A stretch of 64,000 nt of DNA from Bacteroidales bacterium (GTDB lineage: Bacteria > Bacteroidota > Bacteroidia > Bacteroidales > JAFGXI01), in the NCBI GenBank assembly GCA_016936665.1, contig JAFGXI010000017.1, forward strand, positions 20,146-84,145, in the 5' to 3' direction. Below the pieces are notes generated by a model. That model did no database searches, had not been told where the DNA came from, and saw only the letters and a list, made by a program, of their open reading frames with translations. The translations under genes and the position numbers were made by a program. Numbering within the stretch: the first letter of the stretch is position 1; every line of letters starts with the position of its first letter. Shown piece by piece: positions 29,301 through 38,408 of this stretch.

Positions 29301-29712
29301 GGTTAACAATGCCATTGTTTTGATAGACTACATCGACTTACTCAAAGCCAGAAAACGTGTGGAATTAGGTATGGAAGAAGATGCAGTGCTCCCTCTAGAA
29401 GATGCCATCGAATGTATTGTAAAAGGAGGCCAAACCCGTTTACGACCGGTTTTGCTTACTGCAATAACTACAATTTTAGGATTGTTCCCTATGGCTGTCG
29501 GGATGAATATCAATTTCGAAACCCTTTTAAGCGAGTTTAACCCCCAAATTAGTTTTGGAGGTGATATGGCCGCTATGTGGGCTCCTCTTTCGTGGACGGT
29601 TATTTTCGGATTAACATTTGCTACCTTCCTAACCTTAGTTATTGTTCCGGTTATTTATAAAATAACCACCAAATGGGAAGTGAAAATTAAAACAGCACTT
29701 GGAAAAGTTTAA
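26305..29712 (+). CDS. efflux RND transporter permease (AcrB/HAE family), unusually long at 1135 aa
   Basis: Typical AcrB blocks are present (VDNAIVVVENIYR; VVNNAIVLIDYID), with 12 or more hydrophobic segments and the expected operon context. Confidence 0.9.
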   Translation: MEQKVREFKLTTFALKNKTSVYLLTLVIAIGGMLAYKSLPKELFPEVVIPYVMVQTAYPGNNPADIENLVTRPLEKELDGIKGLKKLSSTSMQDVSLISLEFTFDTKIKDALQDVKDAVDKAKNDLPNDLPNDPQVQDLDLTEFPFININVSGDYSIDQLKEYGDIMEEEFKGIKEVSKVAVQGISEKEVRIDVDQRKLESFQMSFGDIEEAIAQENLSLGGGQVKINGTRRAVRIIGEYENMDQIRNTIVKNEDGNIIYLKDVANVTYTYEEPESISRLGETPVISLQVIKKSGENLLSASEHVYQTIDKIRKEHLVPENLEIIATNDQSDMIKKQLNNLENSMIISMIFVVVVLFFFLGTRNALFVGLAIPMSMFLSFMVLGFMGSKINMMVLFGLILALGMLVDNAIVVVENIYRFIDHGYKKIDAARLAVGEVAIPIIASTATTLAAFFPLVFWDSLMGEFMYFLPITLIIVLTSSLFVALVLVPVVASSLIKEGNEKEIINKKRAHRWMAIFLILSIPFYILGWYTLANLLFIAAFVTFANVYIFNKLGHWFQDVFLVNLEAWYLALLNYVIRGRMPNIIIISAFLLLIGTIQLLKLSEPDIVFFPESDPNYINIKTDLPIGTDIEETDAFMKQLYQKVYEVTLPDSSIIKSIVTNVGTGAKTQDNMGGSIAEAYEGLITISFIDFEDRNGISSQKTMNHISEAIINKYPGVKISISKERKGPPTGKPINLEIIGKDYNQLIRLTDTVQSIIDNKHIPGIEGLNVDLDLGKPELLVHINREEARRFGMSTGMIASSIRTALFGKEISDYKDGEDEYPIQLRLRPDQRYNIPALMNQKMTFRNKKGKIMQIPISAVADVSYNTTYGSIKRKDLDRVITIYSNVLEGYNANEINTKLKEVLAENGHLFGDGYKYKFTGEQEEQAESMAFLITAMGIAVALILIILVSQFNSIVKPLIIASSIVLSTIGVFGGIATFGMDIIIVMTGIGIVSLAGVVVNNAIVLIDYIDLLKARKRVELGMEEDAVLPLEDAIECIVKGGQTRLRPVLLTAITTILGLFPMAVGMNINFETLLSEFNPQISFGGDMAAMWAPLSWTVIFGLTFATFLTLVIVPVIYKITTKWEVKIKTALGKV

Positions 29713-29715
29713 GAA

Positions 29716-29739
29716 TAGTTTTTAGAAGTCCACCTTAAG
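29716..29739 (-). repeat. degenerate solo copy of the GGGGACTTCTAAAAATTAGTCC repeat family
   Basis: The minus strand reads CTTAAGGTGGACTTCTAAAAACTA. Compare 37876-37907 and the termini of the element at 44343-44611. Confidence 0.4.
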
Positions 29740-29761
29740 TTTTGGTTTTTTAAATAACGAG

Positions 29762-29798
29762 AAGCTGTCCTATAAAAAACTAAAGGACAGCTTTTTAT
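29762..29798. terminator. bidirectional rho-independent terminator between the RND pump gene and yggS
   Basis: AAGCTGTCC-N14-GGACAGCTT hairpin, with an A-run before it and a T-run after it. Confidence 0.65.
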
Positions 29799-30469
29799 TT
29801 AATATAATGTCTCTCTCCAAAAATTGAGCTCCCTATACGAACCATATTGCTACCTTCTTCTATGGCAATCTGGTAATCGCCGGACATACCCATCGATAAA
29901 ATATTAAATTCATCCTTCGATTTAAAGATTCCCGTTTTAAAACGATCGAAATAAGATTTAAGCAAAGCAAATTCTGAATGAATTTGTTGAGTATCTTCGG
30001 TATAAGTAGCCATGCCCATTAAACCAACAATTTTAACGTGTTTTAGCGAAGTCCAACTTTCATCATGTATTAATACTTCCAATTCTTCGGGCGAAAATCC
30101 GAACTTGCTCTCTTCTTCAGCAATATGCATCTGCAACAAGCAATTAATTACTCGGTTGTTTTTTTCGGCTTCTTTATCGATAGCTTTTAGTAGTTTGAAG
30201 CTGTCAACTGCATGAATAAGACTAACAAATTTTGCGATATACTTTATTTTATTGCTTTGTAAATGACCAATAAAGTGCCATTCGATATCTTTTGGTAAAC
30301 GTTCGTATTTACCCAACAATTCTTGAACTTTATTTTCTCCAAAAATTATTTGCCCGGCTTGGTAGGCTTCTAACAAATCCTCGTCGGGTTTTGTTTTGGA
30401 AATCGCAACTAAAGTAACTTGCTCTGGAAGAGATGATTGTATTCTATTTAAATTATTTTTAATGCTCAT
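29795..30469 (-). CDS. yggS: YggS-family pyridoxal-phosphate homeostasis protein
   Basis: ATG at 30469 (MSIKNNL...). Contains the AISKTK Lys motif, HFIGHLQSNK and SMGMSGDY. Confidence 0.85.
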   Translation of the reverse strand: MSIKNNLNRIQSSLPEQVTLVAISKTKPDEDLLEAYQAGQIIFGENKVQELLGKYERLPKDIEWHFIGHLQSNKIKYIAKFVSLIHAVDSFKLLKAIDKEAEKNNRVINCLLQMHIAEEESKFGFSPEELEVLIHDESWTSLKHVKIVGLMGMATYTEDTQQIHSEFALLKSYFDRFKTGIFKSKDEFNILSMGMSGDYQIAIEEGSNMVRIGSSIFGERHYIK

Positions 30470-30476
30470 CGCCAAA

Positions 30477-30977
30477 CTATTTTTCTATCAGAGACTGACA
30501 TTCGTTAAGTGCATCGTCTATCAATTGATTTAACTGCTCAACTTCTTCTGTTTGAGGCCAATCGGGGCAAACATACATTTCTGTAAACGGTGTTTTATCG
30601 ACTAAAATATTATAAAGATCTTCTGCCTTAGGATTCTTAATCAATTGAGCATATTCTTGATAAGTCATTTTAACGAATGCAGTTTTTAAATTCACCCCTT
30701 TTCTGTCGAGATAATAGCCATCTTTCAATGAAACAGGCTCTCTAAATGCATTGCCATTTTTTAAATCTTGAGGTGCAGGAAAAGAAATTACTTTCATTTT
30801 ATTCTCATCCAACTGAACCGGAACGAAATGGGTGTAATCGGCCTTTGTTTTGTATATCACAACGGCCGGTTTAGGTATTTGCACTTGCCGAATTGTATTT
30901 TTCTTACTCGCGCACGATCCTGCCAAGATCAGAACTGAAAAGCTGAAAACTATAACTTTTATTGTATTACTCATCAT
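30477..30977 (-). CDS. hypothetical lipoprotein
   Basis: ORF 30477-30998. The internal start MMSNTIKVIVFSFSVLILAGSC gives a normal lipoprotein signal and reduces the overlap with the upstream GT gene. Confidence 0.55.
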   Translation of the reverse strand: MMSNTIKVIVFSFSVLILAGSCASKKNTIRQVQIPKPAVVIYKTKADYTHFVPVQLDENKMKVISFPAPQDLKNGNAFREPVSLKDGYYLDRKGVNLKTAFVKMTYQEYAQLIKNPKAEDLYNILVDKTPFTEMYVCPDWPQTEEVEQLNQLIDDALNECQSLIEK

Positions 30978-32091
30978 TGATTGTTTTTTGATACACATTA
31001 ATTAAATCTGAAGTAACCTTCTCTCTATCAAACCTCTGCACATAATCATAGCCTGAATTTTTCATATTTAATGCTAAATTACTATCGTCTAAAACAGAAC
31101 GAATCGCATGTGCTAAAGCTTCGGTATTACCTACTTCGACATATTTTGAGTTAGTGCCCCCAGCCTCGGCAAAGCAACCTCCTATGCTAGTTATCACAGG
31201 AATCTTCGAATATAAAGCTTCAATAATTGGAATACCGAAGCCTTCGAAGGTCGAAGGATAAATAAATAAACTTGCCATTTGATATATTGCCGGCAAATCG
31301 TCGTTGCCGACATCGTGTTTTAACATCACTTGAGATTCCAAATTATGCTGACGAATATACTGTTTTATTTCATCGGCATAAGCCGTACTTTTTCCGACTA
31401 TTACCAATGGAATATCTATATCGAACTGATGAATGGCTTTTACTATTTCCAGTGCATTTTTACGGGCTTCGATGGTTCCAACATATAAAAGAAAGTTCTT
31501 TGGTAACCGATGGGCTAGCCGCACTCTCTCCAAAATATCGGCAGATATTTCTTTCTTAAACCGTTCGTTACAAGTTTGATAGACGATGTCGATTCTATCG
31601 GGATTAATTTTGTAAAAATCGGTCAGATCTTGTTTGGTTTGTTCACTGATGGCCACAATTCGATTAGCATTTTGAGCCGCCGATTTAAACTTCCAATCGT
31701 ACATTGCCCTATCGAATGTCGGATACCACTGCGGAAAACGTTTAAAAATAAGATCGTGAATTGTAACTACCGTTTTTGTCACTTTGCCTAAGGTGAAAGG
31801 GATTTCGTTGCTTAAACCGTGAAAAAGATCTAAGTTGCTTTTGCGAATATCTTTTACTATTGAAAAAGAACGCCAATACGACTTAATCCGCTGATCAATA
31901 ATATCAGAAGGTTCTATAATCTTCGTTGAACTAGGAAACTCATCGTTAAAAAATTTTTGATTTTGCTTTGGGGTGAACAAAAACAGTTCATGAGAAGAAT
32001 CTTGCACCAAAGCGCGAATCACATCGCGACTATAATTACCCAAGCCACTGCCATTATTAAACGCTCGCTTTGCATCGAATCCAATTCTCAT
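30967..32091 (-). CDS. glycosyltransferase family 4 (GT-B, GT1-type C-terminal domain)
   Basis: 374 aa. The C-terminal motif FIYPSTFEGFGIPIIEAL is the E-x7-E region of the GT4 family. Confidence 0.8.
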   Translation of the reverse strand: MRIGFDAKRAFNNGSGLGNYSRDVIRALVQDSSHELFLFTPKQNQKFFNDEFPSSTKIIEPSDIIDQRIKSYWRSFSIVKDIRKSNLDLFHGLSNEIPFTLGKVTKTVVTIHDLIFKRFPQWYPTFDRAMYDWKFKSAAQNANRIVAISEQTKQDLTDFYKINPDRIDIVYQTCNERFKKEISADILERVRLAHRLPKNFLLYVGTIEARKNALEIVKAIHQFDIDIPLVIVGKSTAYADEIKQYIRQHNLESQVMLKHDVGNDDLPAIYQMASLFIYPSTFEGFGIPIIEALYSKIPVITSIGGCFAEAGGTNSKYVEVGNTEALAHAIRSVLDDSNLALNMKNSGYDYVQRFDREKVTSDLINVYQKTINDE

Positions 32092-32095
32092 CTCT

Positions 32096-32914
32096 TTATA
32101 CCGAAACGCTAAAATCTCTTAATGCATCGTTCAACGAAGTTTTTAAATCGGTAGAAGCTTTACGTTGACCAATGATTAACGCACAAGGAACTTGGTATTC
32201 TCCGGCAGGAAATTGTTTAGGATAGGTTCCCGGAATAACGACAGAACGCTCGGGTACAAAACCTTTATATTCTTTTGGTTCACTGCCTGTTACGTCAATA
32301 ATTTTTGTCGATGCTGTAAGCACGACATTTGCTCCTAATACTGCTTCCTTACCTACTCTAACACCTTCTACAACAATACAACGAGAGCCGATAAAACAGC
32401 CATCTTCTATTATTACCGGAGCTGCTTGTAAGGGTTCTAAAACGCCACCAATACCAACACCTCCGCTTAAATGCACATTTTTACCAATTTGAGCACAAGA
32501 GCCTACTGTAGCCCAAGTATCTACCATTGTTCCCTCATCGACATACGCACCAATATTGACGTAAGACGGCATCATTATTACGCCCTTACTTAAATACGAT
32601 CCATATCTGGCAATAGCATGAGGTACTACTCTTACGCCTCTAGTTTGAAACGATTTCTTCAAAGGAATTTTATCGTAAAACTCGAATGGCCCTACTTCTA
32701 TGGTTTCCATCTGCTGAATCTGGAAATACATCACCACAGCTTTTTTAGCCCACTCGTTTACCTTCCATCCTTCTTCTGTCGGTTCTGCAACCCTTAATTC
32801 GCCTTCGTCTATAAAGCGAATCACCTTTTCAATAATAGTAGAAACCGAAGGATCTTTTAATAAACTTCTTTCATCCCAAGCGTTATCAACTATTTCGCTA
32901 TATTTTTTATACAT
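32096..32914 (-). CDS. dapD: 2,3,4,5-tetrahydropyridine-2,6-dicarboxylate N-succinyltransferase
   Basis: 272 aa with hexapeptide-repeat LbH blocks (GTMVDTWATVGSCAQIGKNVHLSGGVGIGGVLEP) and a DapD-type N-terminal domain. Confidence 0.85.
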   Translation of the reverse strand: MYKKYSEIVDNAWDERSLLKDPSVSTIIEKVIRFIDEGELRVAEPTEEGWKVNEWAKKAVVMYFQIQQMETIEVGPFEFYDKIPLKKSFQTRGVRVVPHAIARYGSYLSKGVIMMPSYVNIGAYVDEGTMVDTWATVGSCAQIGKNVHLSGGVGIGGVLEPLQAAPVIIEDGCFIGSRCIVVEGVRVGKEAVLGANVVLTASTKIIDVTGSEPKEYKGFVPERSVVIPGTYPKQFPAGEYQVPCALIIGQRKASTDLKTSLNDALRDFSVSV

Positions 32915-32954
32915 TTTTCAAAACAATTTTGAAAAAGGCAAAAACGCCTTCTTA

Positions 32955-34040
32955 TTAATTATTGACTTCGATTTCGTAAAGTACCGGCCAGCGTTTTCCG
33001 GTAACATATATTTTTTTACTTTTTTTATCATAAGCAATCCCGTTCAAAACATTGTCGTGCGGGTTAGCGTAGGTATCCGGCACTAAATCTGTTAAATCCA
33101 TTTCTGCCTCTACAAAACCTGTTTTAGGATCAATCTGAACAATCGTGTTAGTTAAATAGACATTTGCCCAAATTTTGTCTTCTATCCATTCCATTTCATT
33201 CAGGTTATTCACCGGACCGATGTTATTCATTACCTGAAGTTGATCGATCACAGAAAAAGATTCCGGATCTAAAATGTATAAATTTTGAGTTCCATCGCTC
33301 ATTATCAAGTTGCCGAAATAATTTGTAATTCCCCAGCCTTCAGAGTTATAAGTAAATTCATCGACCAAGGCAAAGGTTTTCAAATCGTACTCGTAGGCTT
33401 TTCTCGATTGCCATGTAAGCTGAAATATTTTTCCGTTACGCTCGACTATGCCTTCACCAAAAACTTCTGCAGGTAAGTTGTAAGACTGGATTAATTCATT
33501 TTTACTCAAATTTATTTTTTTAAGCATCGACTCGCCTCTTTGTCCGGTGCCCTCGTACAAAAAACCATCGACAAAAATTAACCCCTGTGTATAGGCTGTT
33601 ACATCGTGAGGGTACGTTTTTACTTTGCTCACTTTTATTTTTTTAGGCTGATGATCGGCTACACAAGTAAAATAAATCGATTTCTCCTCACTCGTTCCAT
33701 CAACATTAAAAGCTTTAATTCTGAGATTATTTCTTCCGGCTCTCAGCCTGCTGTTATCTAAAACACTATCGATTACTACGGCTTGATTATTTAACCAGAA
33801 TTGTAACGAATCGATAGGCTTTTCCGAATCGATGGATTGTGTTCTAACAATAACAGCATCGCTCTGTTTAAATACCTGACCAACAACCGGAGCAACAATT
33901 TTAAGGTTCGATACTTGTTCTAAACTTACCTGTTGATGGTTGGTATCTGAATTCGTACTAGATTTTGTTTTGTCTTCTTCCTGACAAGAATATAAGACAA
34001 CAGCTGAAATTAGCAGCGAATAAAAGAATTTCAATTTCAC
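32955..34040 (-). CDS. glutaminyl-peptide cyclotransferase (plant/bacterial beta-propeller type), lipoprotein with an N-terminal Ig-like domain
   Basis: YPHDVTAYTQGLIFVDGFLYEGTGQRGESMLKKI...GEGIV...QLTWQS...EGWGIT. I take the GTG at 34040 as the start (MKLKFFYSLLISAVVLYSC). The longer track ORF to 34265 overlaps the neighbouring gene. Confidence 0.8.
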   Translation of the reverse strand: MKLKFFYSLLISAVVLYSCQEEDKTKSSTNSDTNHQQVSLEQVSNLKIVAPVVGQVFKQSDAVIVRTQSIDSEKPIDSLQFWLNNQAVVIDSVLDNSRLRAGRNNLRIKAFNVDGTSEEKSIYFTCVADHQPKKIKVSKVKTYPHDVTAYTQGLIFVDGFLYEGTGQRGESMLKKINLSKNELIQSYNLPAEVFGEGIVERNGKIFQLTWQSRKAYEYDLKTFALVDEFTYNSEGWGITNYFGNLIMSDGTQNLYILDPESFSVIDQLQVMNNIGPVNNLNEMEWIEDKIWANVYLTNTIVQIDPKTGFVEAEMDLTDLVPDTYANPHDNVLNGIAYDKKSKKIYVTGKRWPVLYEIEVNN

Positions 34041-34080
34041 TTTGAAGATTTGATTTAATTTTTTCAATTTTATCCTAAAC

Positions 34081-34731
34081 TTATTGAGCACTGATAATAA
34101 ATACGGCCGTAATTCCTGCGACAAGGCCAACAATACTGCCTTTAATGCTGTTTTTAGTGCGTTTTCTTTTTGCCGATTGGCGATAGCCTTCGACAAAGGT
34201 GGGTTGCTTCGAAAGTTCTGGGTAACGTTCAATAATTTTTCTTTCTCGTGGGCTAGTAACACCAACCACTGTGGTATTAGCAGCAGGAATAATAATAGAT
34301 ATAAATGGATTTAAACCAACAGAGGCGACTAAAAATGGAGAACCTGCACCCACAACAAATCCTTCGATCGTTGATAATGGTGCTTTGTACTCTGTGTTAG
34401 CTTTATGACCTCCGTTAACAAAATAACCCATTTCTTCTACAGTAAGTGTATCGCCTTCTTCTTGCATACTGGGGGCATATAATATTTTTGTGCTGCCATC
34501 GCTTTTGACAATTTTGTATATGTAATACACCTCAACATCTCTATGTTTTCCTTTGTGGTTAACGTAATTTAAAATCTGACCATCTTCTACAAACTGAAAG
34601 TCGGAAATCAATTCATAATCACCATTTAGATACCACAAAGTATCTTTAGCCGTTCCCGTTTCTTGCGCCACAGACAATAACGAAAAACACAAACCAAGTA
34701 AAACTAAAGTAAAGCGAATAAATATTTTCAT
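34081..34731 (-). CDS. hypothetical membrane protein
   Basis: 216 aa with a signal peptide and two C-terminal hydrophobic segments. Confidence 0.5.
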   Translation of the reverse strand: MKIFIRFTLVLLGLCFSLLSVAQETGTAKDTLWYLNGDYELISDFQFVEDGQILNYVNHKGKHRDVEVYYIYKIVKSDGSTKILYAPSMQEEGDTLTVEEMGYFVNGGHKANTEYKAPLSTIEGFVVGAGSPFLVASVGLNPFISIIIPAANTTVVGVTSPRERKIIERYPELSKQPTFVEGYRQSAKRKRTKNSIKGSIVGLVAGITAVFIISAQ

Positions 34732-34934
34732 TGTTCTAATTTTTAAGATTATAGACGACTATTCTTAAACGATTTTTCGATAAAAAAATTACCCAAGAAT
34801 GTCTTGTTAAAAAACAGGCTAAAATTAACATAAGTATTTGACTAATCAAATCATTAATACCCCAAGTTTTACTAATTTTGCCATCAGTCATTAATAAACA
34901 GATTTATTAACTTAACACCTTTACATATAAAGCT

Positions 34935-37829
34935 ATGAAGAGTTTTTCGCAACGCCATATCGGTACAAGAAATGAAGATTTGTCTTCGATGTTAAAAACT
35001 GTCGGCGTACAAAATATCGACGAATTAATCGATCAAACTATTCCTCAATCGATCAGACTTAAATCTGATTTGAATTTACCCGAAGCTTTAAGCGAGTACG
35101 AATATATGCAACACATTCGCTCTATTGCTTCTAAAAATAAAGTCTTCAAATCTTACATTGGGTTGGGTTATTATGGTACAATCACACCATCTGTAATTGT
35201 AAGAAATATTTTAGAAAACCCCAGCTGGTACACATCTTACACACCTTACCAAGCCGAAATATCTCAAGGCCGTTTAGAAGCCTTATTAAATTTTCAAACA
35301 GTAATAGCCGATTTAACCGGGTTAGAATTGGCCAATGCCTCTCTTCTCGACGAAGCTACTGCTGCATCCGAAGCTATGATTATGTTATTTAACAAACGTT
35401 CAAGAACACTATCAAAAGCCGGACACAACCAATTTTTTGTTGATAAAAATGTCTTTCCTCAAACACTAGCTGTTTTAACCACCAAAGCAGAGCCACTTGG
35501 CATTGAAGTGATAACAGGCGATTACAAAACATTCGATTTTTCCGGATTAAGCTTTGGAGCTTTAGTGCAATACCCTGCAGCAGACGGTAAGATCGAAGAT
35601 TACAAAGCATTTGTAGATAAAGCACATCAAGCAGAAAATACGGTAGCCGTTGCAGCCGATTTATTAAGCTTAGCCATATTAACGCCTCCGGGAGAATGGG
35701 GAGCCGATGTTGTTCTTGGATCTACCCAGCGTTTAGGTGTTCCTATGGGATTTGGCGGGCCACATGCCGCTTATTTCGCTACCAAAGACGATTTTAAAAG
35801 GAATATGCCCGGGCGTATTATTGGTGTTTCTAAAGACGCTCAAGGCAATTTAGCTTTACGTATGGCTTTGCAAACACGCGAACAGCACATCAAACGCGAA
35901 AAAGCAACCTCGAATATTTGTACTGCGCAAGCATTATTAGCTACCATGGCCGGTATGTACGCTGTGTATCATGGAGCAGAGGGTTTGAAAGCTATTGCTA
36001 CCGATATTCATAAAAAAGCAGGCTACTTAAACGACGAACTAATCAAATTAGGTTATCAGCAAGATAATGTCAACTATTTCGATACTTTAAGGATTCAGCT
36101 ACCACAAGGCGTAACTCAAAACGACATTAAAAAGCTAGCTGAAGAACGACAAATGAATTTCTACTATTGTGCCGATCAATCGATCTTTTTATCGGTAGGT
36201 GAGGACAATACTATAAAAGACATCAATACAATTCTAGAAGTTTTTGCATTGGCCAACCACAAAGAAGTTGAAGTACACGACGAATTGGTTAACGAAATTT
36301 ATTTCGATAGGAAATTCGAACGCCAATCGGAATTTTTAACCTTGGATGTGTTCAAAAACTATCATTCGGAAACCGATATGATGCGTTATATTAAAAAGTT
36401 AGAACGCAAAGATATTTCACTTACCCATTCGATGATTTCTTTAGGTTCTTGTACCATGAAGCTGAATGCCGCTACAGAAATGTTTGCTATTACTTGGCCA
36501 GAATTCAACGCTATACATCCATTTGTTCCTAAAAACCAAGCCGAAGGCTATTATCAATTAATCGAAGAATTAGGCGATTATTTAAAAGAAGTAACCGGAT
36601 TTGCCGGCATTTCTTTCCAACCTAATTCCGGGGCTTCGGGTGAGTACGCTGGTCTAATGACCATACGCGAGTATCATAAATCGAGAGGTGAAGGCCACAG
36701 AAACGTAGTTCTCATCCCTTCCTCCGCTCACGGAACGAACCCTGCATCGGCAGTGATGGCCGGACAAGATGTTGTGATCGTAGAATGCGACGAAAAAGGC
36801 AACATCAATATAGAAGATTTAAAAATAAAGGCAGAAGCACATAAAGACCAGTTAGCCGCTTTTATGGTAACCTATCCATCTACACACGGTGTATTTGAAG
36901 AAGGCATAATTGAAATGACCAACATTATTCATAACTATGGAGGTTTGGTTTATATGGATGGGGCAAACATGAACGCTCAAGTTGGTTTAACCAATCCGGG
37001 TAGAATTGGCGCCGATGTTTGTCATTTAAATTTACACAAAACATTTGCAATCCCTCACGGTGGTGGCGGACCAGGCGTTGGCCCAATTGCGGTTAACGAA
37101 AAACTAGTTGAGTTTTTACCCTCTAATCCGTTGGTTAAAATTGGAGGCAATAAAGCCATTGCAGCCATTTCTGCTGCTCCATTCGGTAGCGCCAGTGTAT
37201 TGCCAATATCTCACGCCTACGTAATGATGTTAGGGGCTGAAGGATTGAAAGATGCTACCAAATACGCTATCTTTAATGCTAATTACTTAGCAAGTAGCTT
37301 AAAGCCTTATTTCGATATTTTATACACCGGCAATAACGAACGTGTGGCACACGAAATGATTTTAGAATGCCGAAACTTCAGCCGCGAAGCCCATATCTCA
37401 GAATCGGATATCGCCAAACGTTTGATGGATTACGGATTCCATGCTCCTACCTTATCGTTCCCTGTACATGGCACTTTAATGGTTGAACCCACCGAAAGCG
37501 AATCGAAAGCTGAGTTAGATCGTTTTATCGAAACCATGGTAAACATCTACCACGAAATTATGGATGTGAAAAATGGAAAAGCCAACGCAGAAGATAACGT
37601 GCTTAAAAATGCACCACACACGCAAGTGGAATTAATTGGCGATGAGTGGGCTCACCCCTACAGCAGAACGCAAGCTGCATACCCTCTGCCTTGGGTTGCC
37701 GAAAATAAATTCTTCCCATCGGTAGCGCGTTTAGACGATGCCTACGGCGATAGAAATTTACAGTGCTCTTGTGCCCCTATCGACTCTTACCGTAAAGAAA
37801 CTTTTGAAGTAAAAACTATTGACTTATAA
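34935..37829 (+). CDS. gcvP: glycine dehydrogenase (aminomethyl-transferring), single-chain P protein
   Basis: 964 aa. Contains canonical GcvP blocks (SYTPYQAEISQGRLEALLNFQT; NLHKTFAIPHGGGGPG). Confidence 0.95.
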   Translation: MKSFSQRHIGTRNEDLSSMLKTVGVQNIDELIDQTIPQSIRLKSDLNLPEALSEYEYMQHIRSIASKNKVFKSYIGLGYYGTITPSVIVRNILENPSWYTSYTPYQAEISQGRLEALLNFQTVIADLTGLELANASLLDEATAASEAMIMLFNKRSRTLSKAGHNQFFVDKNVFPQTLAVLTTKAEPLGIEVITGDYKTFDFSGLSFGALVQYPAADGKIEDYKAFVDKAHQAENTVAVAADLLSLAILTPPGEWGADVVLGSTQRLGVPMGFGGPHAAYFATKDDFKRNMPGRIIGVSKDAQGNLALRMALQTREQHIKREKATSNICTAQALLATMAGMYAVYHGAEGLKAIATDIHKKAGYLNDELIKLGYQQDNVNYFDTLRIQLPQGVTQNDIKKLAEERQMNFYYCADQSIFLSVGEDNTIKDINTILEVFALANHKEVEVHDELVNEIYFDRKFERQSEFLTLDVFKNYHSETDMMRYIKKLERKDISLTHSMISLGSCTMKLNAATEMFAITWPEFNAIHPFVPKNQAEGYYQLIEELGDYLKEVTGFAGISFQPNSGASGEYAGLMTIREYHKSRGEGHRNVVLIPSSAHGTNPASAVMAGQDVVIVECDEKGNINIEDLKIKAEAHKDQLAAFMVTYPSTHGVFEEGIIEMTNIIHNYGGLVYMDGANMNAQVGLTNPGRIGADVCHLNLHKTFAIPHGGGGPGVGPIAVNEKLVEFLPSNPLVKIGGNKAIAAISAAPFGSASVLPISHAYVMMLGAEGLKDATKYAIFNANYLASSLKPYFDILYTGNNERVAHEMILECRNFSREAHISESDIAKRLMDYGFHAPTLSFPVHGTLMVEPTESESKAELDRFIETMVNIYHEIMDVKNGKANAEDNVLKNAPHTQVELIGDEWAHPYSRTQAAYPLPWVAENKFFPSVARLDDAYGDRNLQCSCAPIDSYRKETFEVKTIDL

Positions 37830-37850
37830 TAAAATTGAATTTATAAAAAA

Positions 37851-37878
37851 AGCGACTCAAATGGGTCGCTTTTTTTTA
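37851..37878 (+). terminator. rho-independent terminator of gcvP
   Basis: AGCGAC-N8-GTCGCT followed by T8. Confidence 0.7.
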
Positions 37879-37907
37879 AGGGGACTTCTAAAAATTAGTC
37901 CCCTTAA
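37876..37907. repeat. solo palindromic copy of the GGGGACTTCTAAAAATTAGTCC repeat (11-bp arms, 10-nt loop)
   Basis: TTAAGGGGACT-tctaaaaatt-AGTCCCCTTAA. The core is identical to the right terminus of the element at 44343-44611. Confidence 0.6.
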
Positions 37908-37916
37908 GATATTCGT

Positions 37917-38084
37917 TTAAATAAACATATGAACATCTCTGTTGTAATCTTCATTTTGAAAAGATTGAATAACAGACTCTACATTATTTTGCCCTTTATT
38001 AATAAAAGACTTAAACCACTTTTTTAAAGATTCCATCCACATCGGATATTTTTTTTCTGAAATTTGCTTATAAAATTTTAACAT
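37917..38084 (-). CDS. possible small ORF (55 aa), hypothetical
   Basis: Hand translation: MLKFYKQISEKKYPMWMESLKKWFKSFINKGQNNVESVIQSFQNEDYNRDVHMFI. It is too short for the ORF track and has no recognisable motif. Confidence 0.2.
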   Translation of the reverse strand: MLKFYKQISEKKYPMWMESLKKWFKSFINKGQNNVESVIQSFQNEDYNRDVHMFI

Positions 38085-38408
38085 AATTCAAATTTTTAGG
38101 TAATGTCAATTTACGAGATTATATTATTTTGGTTACAAATACTATCTCAGTGTATAAGCTAAGCTTTTGTACCCCACGCTTTTTGCTGTGAATTTTTTAT
38201 GCTAAATAGCATGTTTTAAGTTGGAATTTTATTTTTTGATGTCATTTTTTTTTTTTTTGTTTTGCTAGGTAAAAATAACTATTTACTATTGCCTTTACTT
38301 GTAACAAAGGCTCATTGGAAAAAAACTTTTGAAAACACGCTAGCACCCCAAAAGAAACCCCAATTCTGTAAATGGTAATAATTATTAACCATTAATTTTA
38401 AATTAAAA

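Noticed and set aside
34041-34265. N-terminal 75-codon extension of the glutaminyl cyclase ORF (the track gives 436 aa).
   Set aside because: The extension overlaps the 3' end of the neighbouring 216-aa gene by 185 nt and has no signal peptide. An internal GTG gives a canonical lipoprotein signal (MKLKFFYSLLISAVVLYSC).
34732-34934. Possible glycine riboswitch upstream of gcvP.
   Set aside because: I see no tandem aptamer-like GGAGAG...CACCG-type cores or convincing stems in the 200-bp leader. Only a TAATTTTG box-like octamer is present.
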